64,000 nucleotides of DNA. Origin: Dehalococcoidia bacterium. GTDB lineage: Bacteria > Chloroflexota > Dehalococcoidia > Lucifugimonadales > JAGWBF01. The stretch is taken from assembly GCA_965247295.1 (NCBI GenBank), contig CBDFGQ010000008.1, forward strand, positions 64,080-128,079. The letters are read 5' to 3'. This document shows, one piece after another, positions 28,190 through 37,549 of the stretch (positions are counted from its first letter, which is position 1; every line of letters starts with the position of its first letter). The position numbers and the translations under genes were made by a program. A model generated the notes under the pieces. That model was not told where the DNA came from. It did no database searches and was given only the letters and a program-made list of their open reading frames with translations.

Positions 28190-29875
28190 ATGGCCCAGCG
28201 TATACTCGTAGCGGTAGCCTGGCCCTATGCCAATGGCTACCTACACCTGGGCCACCTGGCCGGTTGCTACCTGCCTGCGGACATCTTCGCACGATACCAT
28301 CGCCTCAAGGGCAACGAAGTGCTGATGGTGTCTGGCAGCGACCAGCACGGCACGCCCATAACGCTGAGGGCAGAACAGGAAGGCGTCACCCCCCAGGAGG
28401 TGGTAGACAAGTACCACACTGAGTTTCTCCGCTCCTGGGAGCGGATGGGCATCAGGTTCGACGTGTTCACCACCACCGGTACCGAAAACCATCGGCGGGT
28501 CGTGCATGATATATTCCGGACGCTTTACGATAAGGGTTTCATCTACACGGACACCATGCTGCTGCCTTACTGTCCCAACTGTCAGCACTTCCGCCCCGAC
28601 AGGTACATAGAGGGAACTTGTCCCCACTGCAACAGCCCCGACGCCCGGGGCGACCAGTGTGACAGCTGCGGTAGAACCCTGAACCCCGAGGATCTCCACG
28701 AGCCCCGCTGTCGTGTCTGCGGAACGGCTCCCCAGTTTAGAGACTCGGAGCACTTCTTCCTACGCCTAAGCGCCGTCCAGGAGCCTCTGCTGGAGTGGGT
28801 ACAAAAACAGGACCATTGGAGGCCTAACGTCCTGAACTTCACCCGCAGCTACCTTGAGGGTGGCCTGAAAGACCGGGCCATATCCAGGGACATTACCTGG
28901 GGTGTCCCCTTGCCCATCGAGGGATACGACACCAAGCGCATCTACGTATGGTTCGAGGCCGTGATTGGGTATCTGTCGGCCACCAGGGAGTGGGCCCAAC
29001 GGGAAGGCGAGCCCGAAAAGTGGGTGGACTTCTGGCAGGACCCGGACGCCAGGGCCTACTACTTCATCGGCAAGGACAACATACCCTTCCACAGCATCAT
29101 CTGGCCTGCCATGCTCATGGGATATGGAGGTCTGAACCTACCCTACGACGTGCCAGCAAACGAGTTTCTGAGTCTGGAGAACCGCCAGTTCTCCACCAGC
29201 CGAAGTTGGGCCGTCTGGTTGCCCGACTATCTGGAGCGCTACGATCCCGACCCCCTTCGATACTATCTCTCCATCAACATGCCTGAAACAGGGGACTCGG
29301 ATTTCTCCTGGTCGGAGTTTGTCCGCCGAAACAACGACGAGCTTGTAGCGACCTATGGGAACCTGGTCCACCGCGTGCTCACTTTCACCTATCGCAATTT
29401 CCAGTGTGCGATCCCTGCACCAGGGACCCTGGATGCCGAGAGCCAGCACTTGCTTGACCAGGCGGCAGCTACCCTGGATTCTGTGGCCAAAAGCCTCGGT
29501 GATTGCAGGTTCAAGATGGCCATATGGCAGGCTATGGCCCTAGCCCGGCAGGCTAACAGGTACCTGGATCAGAAGGCCCCGTGGAGAAGCCTAAAGAACG
29601 ATCGGGAAGCTACTGCGACGGTGCTGTGGGTCGCGTTGGCCGTGATCAACTGTCTCAAGGTGGTGCTCTATCCCTTCGTTCCCTTTAGCTCTCGGAAGCT
29701 GCACGAGATGCTGGGCTTTCAGGACGACCTGGACCGATGGGGATGGAACTGGAAGGCTAATTCCGAATTTCTGCCGCCTGGGCAGACCCTGGCTGATCCC
29801 AAGCCGCTCTATACTAAGATGGACGAGGCTGTGGCGGAAGAAGAAAACCTGCGCCTTGGTGCCGGCGGTACGTAG
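28190..29875 (+). CDS. metG: methionine--tRNA ligase
   Basis: I use the internal ATG at 28190 (MAQRILVAVAWPYANGYLHLGHLAG, the HIGH region). Zinc knuckles CPNCQ...CPHCNSPDARGDQCDSCG and a KMSKS-like FSTSRS motif. The 88 codons upstream in the track ORF are low-complexity read-through. Confidence 0.9.
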   Translation: MAQRILVAVAWPYANGYLHLGHLAGCYLPADIFARYHRLKGNEVLMVSGSDQHGTPITLRAEQEGVTPQEVVDKYHTEFLRSWERMGIRFDVFTTTGTENHRRVVHDIFRTLYDKGFIYTDTMLLPYCPNCQHFRPDRYIEGTCPHCNSPDARGDQCDSCGRTLNPEDLHEPRCRVCGTAPQFRDSEHFFLRLSAVQEPLLEWVQKQDHWRPNVLNFTRSYLEGGLKDRAISRDITWGVPLPIEGYDTKRIYVWFEAVIGYLSATREWAQREGEPEKWVDFWQDPDARAYYFIGKDNIPFHSIIWPAMLMGYGGLNLPYDVPANEFLSLENRQFSTSRSWAVWLPDYLERYDPDPLRYYLSINMPETGDSDFSWSEFVRRNNDELVATYGNLVHRVLTFTYRNFQCAIPAPGTLDAESQHLLDQAAATLDSVAKSLGDCRFKMAIWQAMALARQANRYLDQKAPWRSLKNDREATATVLWVALAVINCLKVVLYPFVPFSSRKLHEMLGFQDDLDRWGWNWKANSEFLPPGQTLADPKPLYTKMDEAVAEEENLRLGAGGT

Positions 29876-29884
29876 GAGCTTCCC

Positions 29885-30874
29885 TTGCTTGACGGCGTGG
29901 ATGAGCGAACTCAACGGATCTACGAACCGATCCAGGAAGACCTACTGGAGGTCGAAAGGCGGCTTCGTAGTCTGTCCAGCGTGGGGACCTCTTACCTGCC
30001 AGCGCTCCTGGATTACGTGCTACACACGGGAGGGAAAAGGGTGCGCCCCGCCATTACCTCACTGTCGGCCAAGTTTCACCCCGGCGACCCGGAATTGCCC
30101 ATCGTCATGGCTATGGCGGTGGAGCTGCTTCACATCGCCACCCTTATCCACGATGACACCGTTGACAAGGCCGCCTTGCGCAGGGGAAAGGCGACGGTCA
30201 GCGACGTCTGGGGAAGGGACGTTGCGGTACTCTTGGGCGACTACGTTTTCGCTACCTCGGCTACTTTCGTGTGCGATACCGGGAATGTGCGGGTAATACG
30301 GCGTTTCTCAGAGACCATAATGGAGCTCTCCAGCGGGGAGCTGCATGAATGTTTCAATACCAACAACTGGAGGCAGAGTCGAGAAGACTACAACGAGAGG
30401 ATATTCCTCAAGACCGCCTCCTTGTTTCAGACTTCGGCGGAAACGGGGGCGATCCTCAGCGGGGCGTCCGAAGAGACTGTTCAGGCCTCGCGACTTTACG
30501 GTTACAACATTGGCATGGCTTTTCAGATAGTGGATGACATACTGGATGTGGAGGGGGACCCGAATGAGGTCGGGAAACCGGTGGGTCAGGACTTGCTTCA
30601 GGGAATCCTTACCCTACCGGCCATAATCCTGATGGAAAGGTGCCCAGGGGAGAACCCCATCGAGAAGCTGTTCCTCCAGGATGATCAAGAGAGGGCCGGT
30701 GGCCTGGAGCGAGTCCTGGAGATGGTCCACAACTCCAAGGTCATCGAGGACTGCTATCAGGTAGTGCAGGAGTATTGCCTCAAAGCCACCAACGCCATAA
30801 GCTCCCTTCCAGACAACCCCGCACGGCGATCGCTGCTGGACCTGGCCCGGTACGTAATGGAGAGACGGCGCTAG
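29885..30874 (+). CDS. polyprenyl diphosphate synthase (long-chain, IspB/HepT-like)
   Basis: Two Asp-rich motifs (LIHDDTVDKAALRRGK and FQIVDDILD). 329 aa. The TTG start lies 10 nt after the metG stop. Confidence 0.85.
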   Translation: MLDGVDERTQRIYEPIQEDLLEVERRLRSLSSVGTSYLPALLDYVLHTGGKRVRPAITSLSAKFHPGDPELPIVMAMAVELLHIATLIHDDTVDKAALRRGKATVSDVWGRDVAVLLGDYVFATSATFVCDTGNVRVIRRFSETIMELSSGELHECFNTNNWRQSREDYNERIFLKTASLFQTSAETGAILSGASEETVQASRLYGYNIGMAFQIVDDILDVEGDPNEVGKPVGQDLLQGILTLPAIILMERCPGENPIEKLFLQDDQERAGGLERVLEMVHNSKVIEDCYQVVQEYCLKATNAISSLPDNPARRSLLDLARYVMERRR

Positions 30875-32448
30875 CCCTCCCACACCACCATTCCCGATAC
30901 CAACGTCATCATCACCGCGATCTCCTTGATCGCCTCTGGCTCCACGGCCGCTGGGTCTGCGTCCAGCAAAACGAGGTCTGCCCTCTTGCCAGGTGCGATA
31001 GAGCCTTTTCCCTTCTCCCCGAAGGAGGCGTAGGCGGCGTCAAGGGTATGCATCCTGAGGGCTGTGTCCGTTGGTATGGCCTGGGACGGGGAGAGCGCAG
31101 GGCCGTCTCTGGTGTTGCGGGTGACCGCTGAGTAAACGCTGAGAAGGGGATCGGGCCATGTGACGGGTGCGTCGGAGCTGGCGGCCACCCGTATCCCGGC
31201 GCGGACGAGGGAGGCCAGTGGGTACAGATGGGGCAAAAGGCTGGGCTTAACATCCGATAGGTATTTTCCCCCATTTTGGTAGACGAAGGATGGCTGGGTC
31301 ACCACCAGGGCCTGGCTCAGCTTGAGTCTGTCCAGAAGGTGTGGCGGGCACTCTGAACAGTGCTCTATCCGGTGGCGAGCGTCGGGTCGAGGCAATGCCG
31401 CCTGGGTCTGGGCCAGAGTGTCCACTGCCGCCTCCACGGCCTCCTCCTCCACCGCGTGAATGGCCAGCTGTAGCCCCCTCCTGTGGCAGTCCAGCACCAC
31501 CTCATTCAACTCCTCCCTCGAGGGCTGAAGGGTCCCCGTAGTGAGTCCCAGGACGATCTTGACCGCTCCCAGCTTGGGGTCGCTGCCTGCGGAGCCTGGG
31601 GTCAGACCATGGTCGAGGAAAGAACGAAGGCGGAGTGAGCCTGCCATCATGGTGACGTGTGGAGTCAAGAGGCCCTCGCCTTTGAGCCTTTGAAAAGTCT
31701 GCCAGCGATGGACGTCGTTGGTCAAGCTGGCGTCCTGGATGGACGTTACGCCTCTGGAGAGGAGCAATCTGTCGGCCCGCCTGATGCCCTCGAGGAAGCC
31801 CTTCTCCCGCTGTGGCCTGCCGTCATGGCAGGCCTGTGGGGCCCTTTTAATATACTCGCCCATCTCGTAAAGGACGCCTGTTGGCTCGCCTGTGGCGCCA
31901 TCCCGCTCGATAACTCCCCCTGGAGGGTCGGGCGTATCCCGAGTTATGCCCAGGGTTTGCAGGGCTTGGCTGTTGAGTACAGAGGCGTGCCCCGTTCGGT
32001 GGTCCAACCGCACAGGATGAAGGGGGGTCGCTCTGTCAAGGTCTTGCCTGGTGGGGTGGCGTTTCTCCGCCAGATAGAACTCGTCGTAGCCGAAGGCCCT
32101 CAGCCAGCTCCCCGGTTGCGTACCGTCAGCCTGCCGGCTTATGGCCGCCAGGATCTGGGCTATAGAGCCGACCTTATCGGGCCGACAATCCACGCCTCGC
32201 AGGTTGGAAGCCAGCGCGAAGAGGTGGCAGTGGGCGTCAACGAACCCGGGAAGGAGGGCCATGCCGTGGCAGTCCAGTGACCTGGTGCCCGGCCCTCTGT
32301 AGTGTGCAGACCCCGCCATATCTCCCACGGCCAAGATCTTGCCGTCCTTGACGGCCACATACCAGGCTAGAGGGTTGCCCGGTTCCAACGTTAGGACGCG
32401 GGCGTTCTGGAGGATCAAGTCGGCATGGTAGTCGGGCGACATGCTCAC
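30871..32448 (-). CDS. amidohydrolase-3 family metal-dependent hydrolase (YtcJ-like)
   Basis: 525 aa. LLPGFVDAHCHLF (HxH), SSDAPV and GSIAPGKRADLVLLD. Not related to P1-P4 beyond the superfamily level. Confidence 0.85.
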   Translation of the reverse strand: MSMSPDYHADLILQNARVLTLEPGNPLAWYVAVKDGKILAVGDMAGSAHYRGPGTRSLDCHGMALLPGFVDAHCHLFALASNLRGVDCRPDKVGSIAQILAAISRQADGTQPGSWLRAFGYDEFYLAEKRHPTRQDLDRATPLHPVRLDHRTGHASVLNSQALQTLGITRDTPDPPGGVIERDGATGEPTGVLYEMGEYIKRAPQACHDGRPQREKGFLEGIRRADRLLLSRGVTSIQDASLTNDVHRWQTFQRLKGEGLLTPHVTMMAGSLRLRSFLDHGLTPGSAGSDPKLGAVKIVLGLTTGTLQPSREELNEVVLDCHRRGLQLAIHAVEEEAVEAAVDTLAQTQAALPRPDARHRIEHCSECPPHLLDRLKLSQALVVTQPSFVYQNGGKYLSDVKPSLLPHLYPLASLVRAGIRVAASSDAPVTWPDPLLSVYSAVTRNTRDGPALSPSQAIPTDTALRMHTLDAAYASFGEKGKGSIAPGKRADLVLLDADPAAVEPEAIKEIAVMMTLVSGMVVWEG

Positions 32449-32493
32449 ACCTTTCCACTGAGAGGCGCCGTGAGACTGCTATAATAATAATAC

Positions 32494-33138
32494 ATGAAGC
32501 TCGTTGCCTTTGACTGGGACCAGACCCTCTGGAATAGCTGGGACGTTCACGTGGCGGCGGCGCAGTACGCAGCCGGGGTGCTCGGATTAGTCCCACCGTC
32601 GAACAAGTGCATCGCCGCCAACTTCTCGGTGCCATTCTCCCAGCACATGGAGCTGCTGTTTCCCGAGAACACGCGGGAGGCCAGGGAGCACTACCTGGAG
32701 TTCTACCACTCCAGGGTAAGAGTTCTGGGCAGCCTCTTCGAGGGAGTTCCCGAGATGCTGCGGGCCCTGAGGGACAAGGGCCTTCTCCTGGCCCTGCTGT
32801 CGGACAAGCGTGAGGTCTATGGGAGCCAGGAGCTGGAGTCGACCGGAATCGGAGGGCTCTTTCACTGCGTCCTCTTCCTAGAGGATGGCCGCGCGTACAA
32901 GCCGGATCCCGCGGGGCTGCGCCAGGTAATGGCCTCTCTGGGCGTGCCCAGGGATCGTGTGCTATACGTGGGGGACAGCTATGTGGATGTCCTCTGCGCC
33001 CGCAGGGCGGGGGCGGCCAGCGGCGCCGCCATGTGGGGCTCCGTCGACGGGGAGGCGGCTCTGAACGAGCGCCCGGACTACGTGCTACACAGCGTTGCCG
33101 ACGTGGCTGCCCTGACCCCAGGCATGGGGGAATATTAA
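32494..33138 (+). CDS. HAD-superfamily hydrolase (phosphatase-like)
   Basis: Motif I FDWDQTLW (DxD) and motif IV VGDSYVD. 214 aa. Confidence 0.8.
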   Translation: MKLVAFDWDQTLWNSWDVHVAAAQYAAGVLGLVPPSNKCIAANFSVPFSQHMELLFPENTREAREHYLEFYHSRVRVLGSLFEGVPEMLRALRDKGLLLALLSDKREVYGSQELESTGIGGLFHCVLFLEDGRAYKPDPAGLRQVMASLGVPRDRVLYVGDSYVDVLCARRAGAASGAAMWGSVDGEAALNERPDYVLHSVADVAALTPGMGEY

Positions 33139-33684
33139 CGCGCCGACGATCTGTACCACGTGTATTCTGGGAGAGTCCTACTCGCCGGCGGCATTCATCT
33201 GTTCTACCAGATCATTTAGTTCATCCACTTGGTTGTTGAGCTCCTGACCTAGGTCGTTAAGGCTTGTTCGAGCGTCTTCTAGTTTTGTATAGGCTTTATC
33301 AACCTCTGAATATGGCACCGTATTCATTACGTGTTGGTCTTCCATCTCTTTGTATTCAGCTTCCAGCTTCTGGTAATCTTCCTTGATCCTCTCGTAATCG
33401 GCAGCAAGACTGTCATGTATTGCTTCAGCTTCTTGATGCTGGTCACGCAGCTTGTTATATTCAGTCATATCCCTACATAGCAAATGTGTCACATAAATAT
33501 CGAACCGCCTTGGTCTTGCATCCCCAAATATAATCTTTGGTTTGACAAATACCCCGATGCCGCCTGTGTCATAGCTTTTCTTTATCATGTTTTTATAGTG
33601 TCCTGGACTATTAAGCCACCCAGTAAATGTGGTGGATGAGATGTAATCGGCGTCGTCCTCGATTTCATCCCTGAAACTAAATAT

Positions 33685-34098
33685 GTTTTCGCCACATAGC
33701 AAAGTAGTCTCTGAGTCCTGCAGACTCCACACGATCCTTGAGGTTCCAGCCCTTCTGGATTGACATGGTCGAAGAAGTCTCGATTCGCTTTTCATATCCT
33801 CTGAGTGTGATATCGCAAGCCTCCCAGACAATGGGTGAATTAGGCGTGAGTATCGGTAAATCGTCCTGTTTACCCTCATTTCATTAATATCGTTTTCGCC
33901 ACAGGAGTACACTTCTGAGTCCTGCAGACTCCACACGATCCTGAGGTTCCAGCCCTTCTGGATTGACATGGTCGAAGAAGTCTCGATTCGCCATATCCTC
34001 TGAGTGTGATATCGCAACTCTCGACAAGGGTGAATTAGGCGTGAGTATCGGTAAATCTCTGTTTACCCTCATTTCATTAATTCGGTTCGCAAGGAACA
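33685..34098. repeat. ~207-bp tandem direct duplication inside the CAP-domain gene (two units plus the homologous start of a third)
   Basis: Unit 1 is 33685-33891 and unit 2 starts at 33892; both begin gttttcgccaca. Both contain ctgagtcctgcagactccacacgatcct(t)gaggttccagcccttctggattgacatggtcgaagaagtctcgattcgc. They differ by small indels (aaaa, a). Confidence 0.85.
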
Positions 34099-34444
34099 CT
34101 TCTGCGTGGCGATACCGCTGACTGTTGGAGGCCATTGGTGATGGGGTAGGAGCAGGTACCGGTATAGACGTTGGAATGGGTTCAGGCGTCGCGGTGGGTG
34201 TGGGTACCAGCGTAAGGGTTGGGGCAGGATTCGATACAGGGGTTAGCTGGCGAGAAGTTGTTGGTGAGAAGGTGGGCCTAGGTACCGGCCTGGGCGTTGG
34301 AGTGGGTGTAGCTGTTGGAGCAGGCGAAGACGACGGTGTGGCAGTGGGTAAGGCATCTAGAGTTGCCCTGACACCCGCGGCAATGGCGGTCCCGGTGTCC
34401 AGCGTTGGTGCAGAGGTTTGAGTAGGTAATAAGGTGAATGCAGG

Positions 34445-34471
34445 CGTTGGAGTGGGAGTAGATGAGGAATC
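34445..34471. repeat. donor copy of the 27-nt repeat (inside the PT-linker of the CAP lipoprotein gene)
   Basis: cgttggagtgggagtagatgaggaatc, identical to 34682-34708. Confidence 0.9.
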
Positions 34472-34644
34472 TGGTGCCGGAGTAGGACTAGGTCCAGATT
34501 GGGCGCACGCAACCCCGATAATTGCCAGCAGGGCAAGTAGGCTAAGGGCGAAGTACTGGAGCACGTTCCTCTCTTCGCCTTGCCGTGAGCTAAGCGCCGA
34601 GCCTCCCGACAGCCGCCGCGTGCTGAAGGTCGGCACGGTAGGAG

Positions 34645-35511
34645 CTACGGACCAGGGGACCAGAGGCCACGTGGGCGAATCCGTTGGAGTGGGAGTAGAT
34701 GAGGAATCAGCGACTCCCCGAGGCGTCTGAGCTCGTCGAACTCGGCGGGGGTATAGAACCGGTCCACGGGTATGTGCTTCTCGGTAGGGCGGAGATACTG
34801 CCCGATGGTGAGCAGGTCGCAGCCCACGCCCCGCAGGTCCTCCATGGTCTCCACGACCTCGTTCCACTCCTCGCCCATCCCGAGGATGATCCCCGACTTG
34901 GTGGGAATGCTGGGGTCCAGCTCCTTAACCCTGGCCAGCAGCTCCAGGGAGCGCTCGTAGTCCCCTCTGGGCCGTACCCGGGGGAAGACCCTGCGCGCGG
35001 ACTCGATGTTGTGGTTGAGGACTTCGGGCCGGGCAGCAACCACTTTCTTTAGACCGGGCAGGGAGCCGTCGAAATCGGGGATGAGGACCTCTACTTTGCA
35101 GCCGGGCACCTCCTGGTTGATTTTGCGGATGCACATGGCGAAGATTAAGGCCCCTCCGTCGGCCAGGTCGTCCCTGTTCACCGAGGTGATGACGCAGTAA
35201 TTGAGGCCCAGGCGCTTCACCGTGCGGGCCAGCCGATCCGGCTCCATCAGGTCGATACCGGCGGGCCTCCCTGTGGTGACAGCGCAGTAGTGGCAGCGGC
35301 GGGTGCATATATCTCCCAGGATCATGAAGGTGGCGCTGAGCCGCTCCCAGCACTCGCCGATGTTGGGGCAGCGGGCCTCTTCACATACGGTGTGCAGCTC
35401 CGAGTCGCGCAGCAGGTTCTTGAGTCCGATGAAGTTGGGCCCCCCGGGCATCCGCACCTTCATCCAGTCCGGGAGCCTGCGGCCTGGCTGAGCCGCGTGA
35501 ACCTGAACCAA
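34645..35511 (-). CDS. lipA: lipoyl synthase (as assembled, with an aberrant frameshifted C-terminus)
   Basis: CEEARCPNIGECW (auxiliary cluster) and CTRRCHYCAV (radical-SAM CxxxCxxC). The last ~25 aa (IPHLLPLQRIRPRGLWSPGP) are non-LipA. The conserved tail GFAHVASGPLVRSSYRA... is present in the +1 frame and ends at 34590. Confidence 0.9.
   Translation of the reverse strand: MVQVHAAQPGRRLPDWMKVRMPGGPNFIGLKNLLRDSELHTVCEEARCPNIGECWERLSATFMILGDICTRRCHYCAVTTGRPAGIDLMEPDRLARTVKRLGLNYCVITSVNRDDLADGGALIFAMCIRKINQEVPGCKVEVLIPDFDGSLPGLKKVVAARPEVLNHNIESARRVFPRVRPRGDYERSLELLARVKELDPSIPTKSGIILGMGEEWNEVVETMEDLRGVGCDLLTIGQYLRPTEKHIPVDRFYTPAEFDELRRLGESLIPHLLPLQRIRPRGLWSPGP
34682..34708. repeat. second copy of the 27-nt repeat; its core 25 nt (34683-34707) is an insertion in the lipA 3' end
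   Basis: Identical 27-mer. Removing the 25 nt restores the conserved LipA C-terminus. Confidence 0.9.
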
Positions 35512-35587
35512 CGCATTCTCCTTAGTCGATCCCAGAGGCGCTGAGTCACAGAGCTATCCGATTGACCCTACCTCGGTGTCTCCTTGG

Positions 35588-36217
35588 CTACTCAATCGAA
35601 ACGCGACGCGGCGGTATGCGGCACTTCTCCGCCACCATGATGGCGTCTATGCAGGCCACCGCGTCATCCAGGCGGCCGTCCCTGTTCACCACCACGTAGT
35701 CGAAGGAGGGCAGCTGCTCCATCTCCTGACTGGCGATGCGAGTACGGAGCTCCAGGTCCACGGCTGAGTCGGTGGCCCGGTCCTTCAGGCGCCGCTGTAG
35801 CTCCTCCATGGACCCGGGGGCCAGGAAGATGAATATCGCCTCGGGCGCCAGAGTCTTAATCGTGGCGGCGCCCTGTACATCTACCTTCACTATAACATCC
35901 AGCCCCCTGGCCATGGCCTCGCTCACCTGCCGCTTTGGTACGCCGTACCAGTTACCATATACCTGGGCGTGCTCCAGGAACTCGCCCCTCTCCACCATCG
36001 AGGGGAACTCTCCGGGCTCAAGGTAGATGTAGTCAACCCCGTGGGTCTCACCGGAGCGCCTCGCGCGCGCGGTGGCGGTAACGGCGAAGTGCCAGGGCCG
36101 GTCCAACCTTCTAAGTTGTACCAGTGCCGCGTCCTTCCCCACGCCCGAGGGGCCCGACAGCACTACCAGAAGCGGGCCCGCCGTTGGTTGGGAGTGGGGC
36201 ACGGATCGGTCTCTCAA
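35588..36217 (-). CDS. gmk: guanylate kinase
   Basis: P-loop VLSGPSGVGKDA. 209 aa. Its ATG overlaps the aroA stop (ATGA). Confidence 0.9.
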   Translation of the reverse strand: MRDRSVPHSQPTAGPLLVVLSGPSGVGKDAALVQLRRLDRPWHFAVTATARARRSGETHGVDYIYLEPGEFPSMVERGEFLEHAQVYGNWYGVPKRQVSEAMARGLDVIVKVDVQGAATIKTLAPEAIFIFLAPGSMEELQRRLKDRATDSAVDLELRTRIASQEMEQLPSFDYVVVNRDGRLDDAVACIDAIMVAEKCRIPPRRVSIE

Positions 36218-37539
36218 GGCTCACGGTCGCCCATGGTCTGCTGTCCTTCGGATGAATGGACCAGGTCCTCCATTTGCGCCCAAAACCGCGGATAGGATAC
36301 GGCGGCTACATCCTCCCCCTCTACCTCGGTCTCGCCATCCGCCAGCAGCCCGGCCACTCCGAGTGCCATCGCGAGTCGGTGGTCGCCGTGGCTCTGGCAC
36401 AGCGCCCCATTCAGGCGACCCGTACCGTGAATCGCCATGCCGTCGGGCCGCTCCTCTATGTTGGCCCCCAGGCGGGAGAGTTCCATGACCGTGGAGAGGA
36501 TCCGGTCGGACTCTTTGACCCTAAGCTCCTGGGCGTCCTTTATGACTGTGGTACCACTGGCAAAGCAGGCGGCCACGGCCAGTACGGGAATCTCGTCTAT
36601 GATCCTGGGTATAGCGTCGCCTCCCAGTTCTATAGCTGTAAGGTCGCTGGACTCCACTATCAGGTCTGCCACCGGTTCCCCTCCCTCATGGCGAGGGTTC
36701 TCCTGGGTGATCCTGGCGCCCATGTGGGAGAGGGCTTCGAGGATGCCGGTCCGAGTTGGGTTGACCCCGACTGCCCTGATCACTATCCTGGCCTCGGGGT
36801 GGCACACGCCCGCCACCATCCAGAAGGCGGCGCTGCTGATGTCTCCCGGTATGTTGACGTTTACGGCCGAAAGCTGGCTGGGACTCAGCCGAACCGTGAG
36901 CCCATCCTCTTCGACGTCTCCTCCCATGGCCCTGACCATGCGCTCCGTGTGGTCCCGAGAACGGGCGGGCTGGTGGATCACTGTCTCACCCTGGGCAGAC
37001 AGCCCCGCCAGCATAACGGCTGACTTAACCTGGGCACTGGCCACAGGCATCGCGTACTCGATGCCCTTCAGGCGTTTGCCCCTTATCACCAGGGGAGCGT
37101 GGGCGTCGTTATCTCTACCCAGAATCTGGGCGCCCATCAGCTTCAGGGGCTGCACGACTCGGCCCATGGGGCGGGAGCGCAGGGAAGAATCGCCGCTCAG
37201 TACCGACAGGAAAGGCTGGCCGGCAAGCAGCCCGGCGAGGAGGCGCAGTGAGGTGCCGCTGTTGCCCGCGTCCAGGACATCATCAGGCTCTTGAAGACGA
37301 TCATGGGGGCCGTACACGGTAACGGCGCCCCCGCCACCCTCGTCCTCTATTTGGACACCCAGTCCCCTCAGACAACCGATAGTGGAGACAACATCCTCGC
37401 CGTTGGAGATGCCTGTGATCCTGGCTACCCCGGAGGTCATGGAGTTGAGGATGAGGGCGCGATGAGAGATGGACTTGTCCCCTGGCAGTGCCACAGAACC
37501 GCGCAACGCCGGGGGCCTCCGGAGAACTCGCCTCGACAC
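36214..37539 (-). CDS. aroA: 3-phosphoshikimate 1-carboxyvinyltransferase (EPSP synthase)
   Basis: LPGDKSISHRALIL motif. I prefer the GTG at 37539 (GGAGAGGG upstream, 11 nt after the tyrA stop) over the track start at 37626, which would overlap tyrA by 77 nt. Confidence 0.85.
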   Translation of the reverse strand: MSRRVLRRPPALRGSVALPGDKSISHRALILNSMTSGVARITGISNGEDVVSTIGCLRGLGVQIEDEGGGGAVTVYGPHDRLQEPDDVLDAGNSGTSLRLLAGLLAGQPFLSVLSGDSSLRSRPMGRVVQPLKLMGAQILGRDNDAHAPLVIRGKRLKGIEYAMPVASAQVKSAVMLAGLSAQGETVIHQPARSRDHTERMVRAMGGDVEEDGLTVRLSPSQLSAVNVNIPGDISSAAFWMVAGVCHPEARIVIRAVGVNPTRTGILEALSHMGARITQENPRHEGGEPVADLIVESSDLTAIELGGDAIPRIIDEIPVLAVAACFASGTTVIKDAQELRVKESDRILSTVMELSRLGANIEERPDGMAIHGTGRLNGALCQSHGDHRLAMALGVAGLLADGETEVEGEDVAAVSYPRFWAQMEDLVHSSEGQQTMGDREP

Positions 37540-37549
37540 CCCTCTCCGC

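Larger units (their letters stand above)
33178..34564 (-). pseudogene. CAP/SCP (PR-1-like) domain lipoprotein with a coiled-coil tail, disrupted by a tandem duplication and frameshifts
   Basis: GTG at 34564 gives MLQYFALSLLALLAIIGVAC-AQSG, then a Pro/Thr/Ser linker. The CAP N-half follows (RINEMRVNRDLPILTPNSPLSRVAISHSEDMANRDFFDHVNPEGLEPQDR) and runs into a stop at 33884. The CAP C-half (CGENIF...FTGWLNSPGHYKNMIKKSYDTGGIGVF) lies in the overlapping ORF 33178-34017, in another frame. Confidence 0.7.

Noticed and set aside
34565-34867. An N-terminal 101-codon extension of the CAP-lipoprotein ORF (33884-34867) that overlaps lipA.
   Set aside because: It is the alternative frame of the lipA 3' end. 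A GTG at 34564 with a GAGAGGA-type RBS gives a proper lipoprotein signal peptide.
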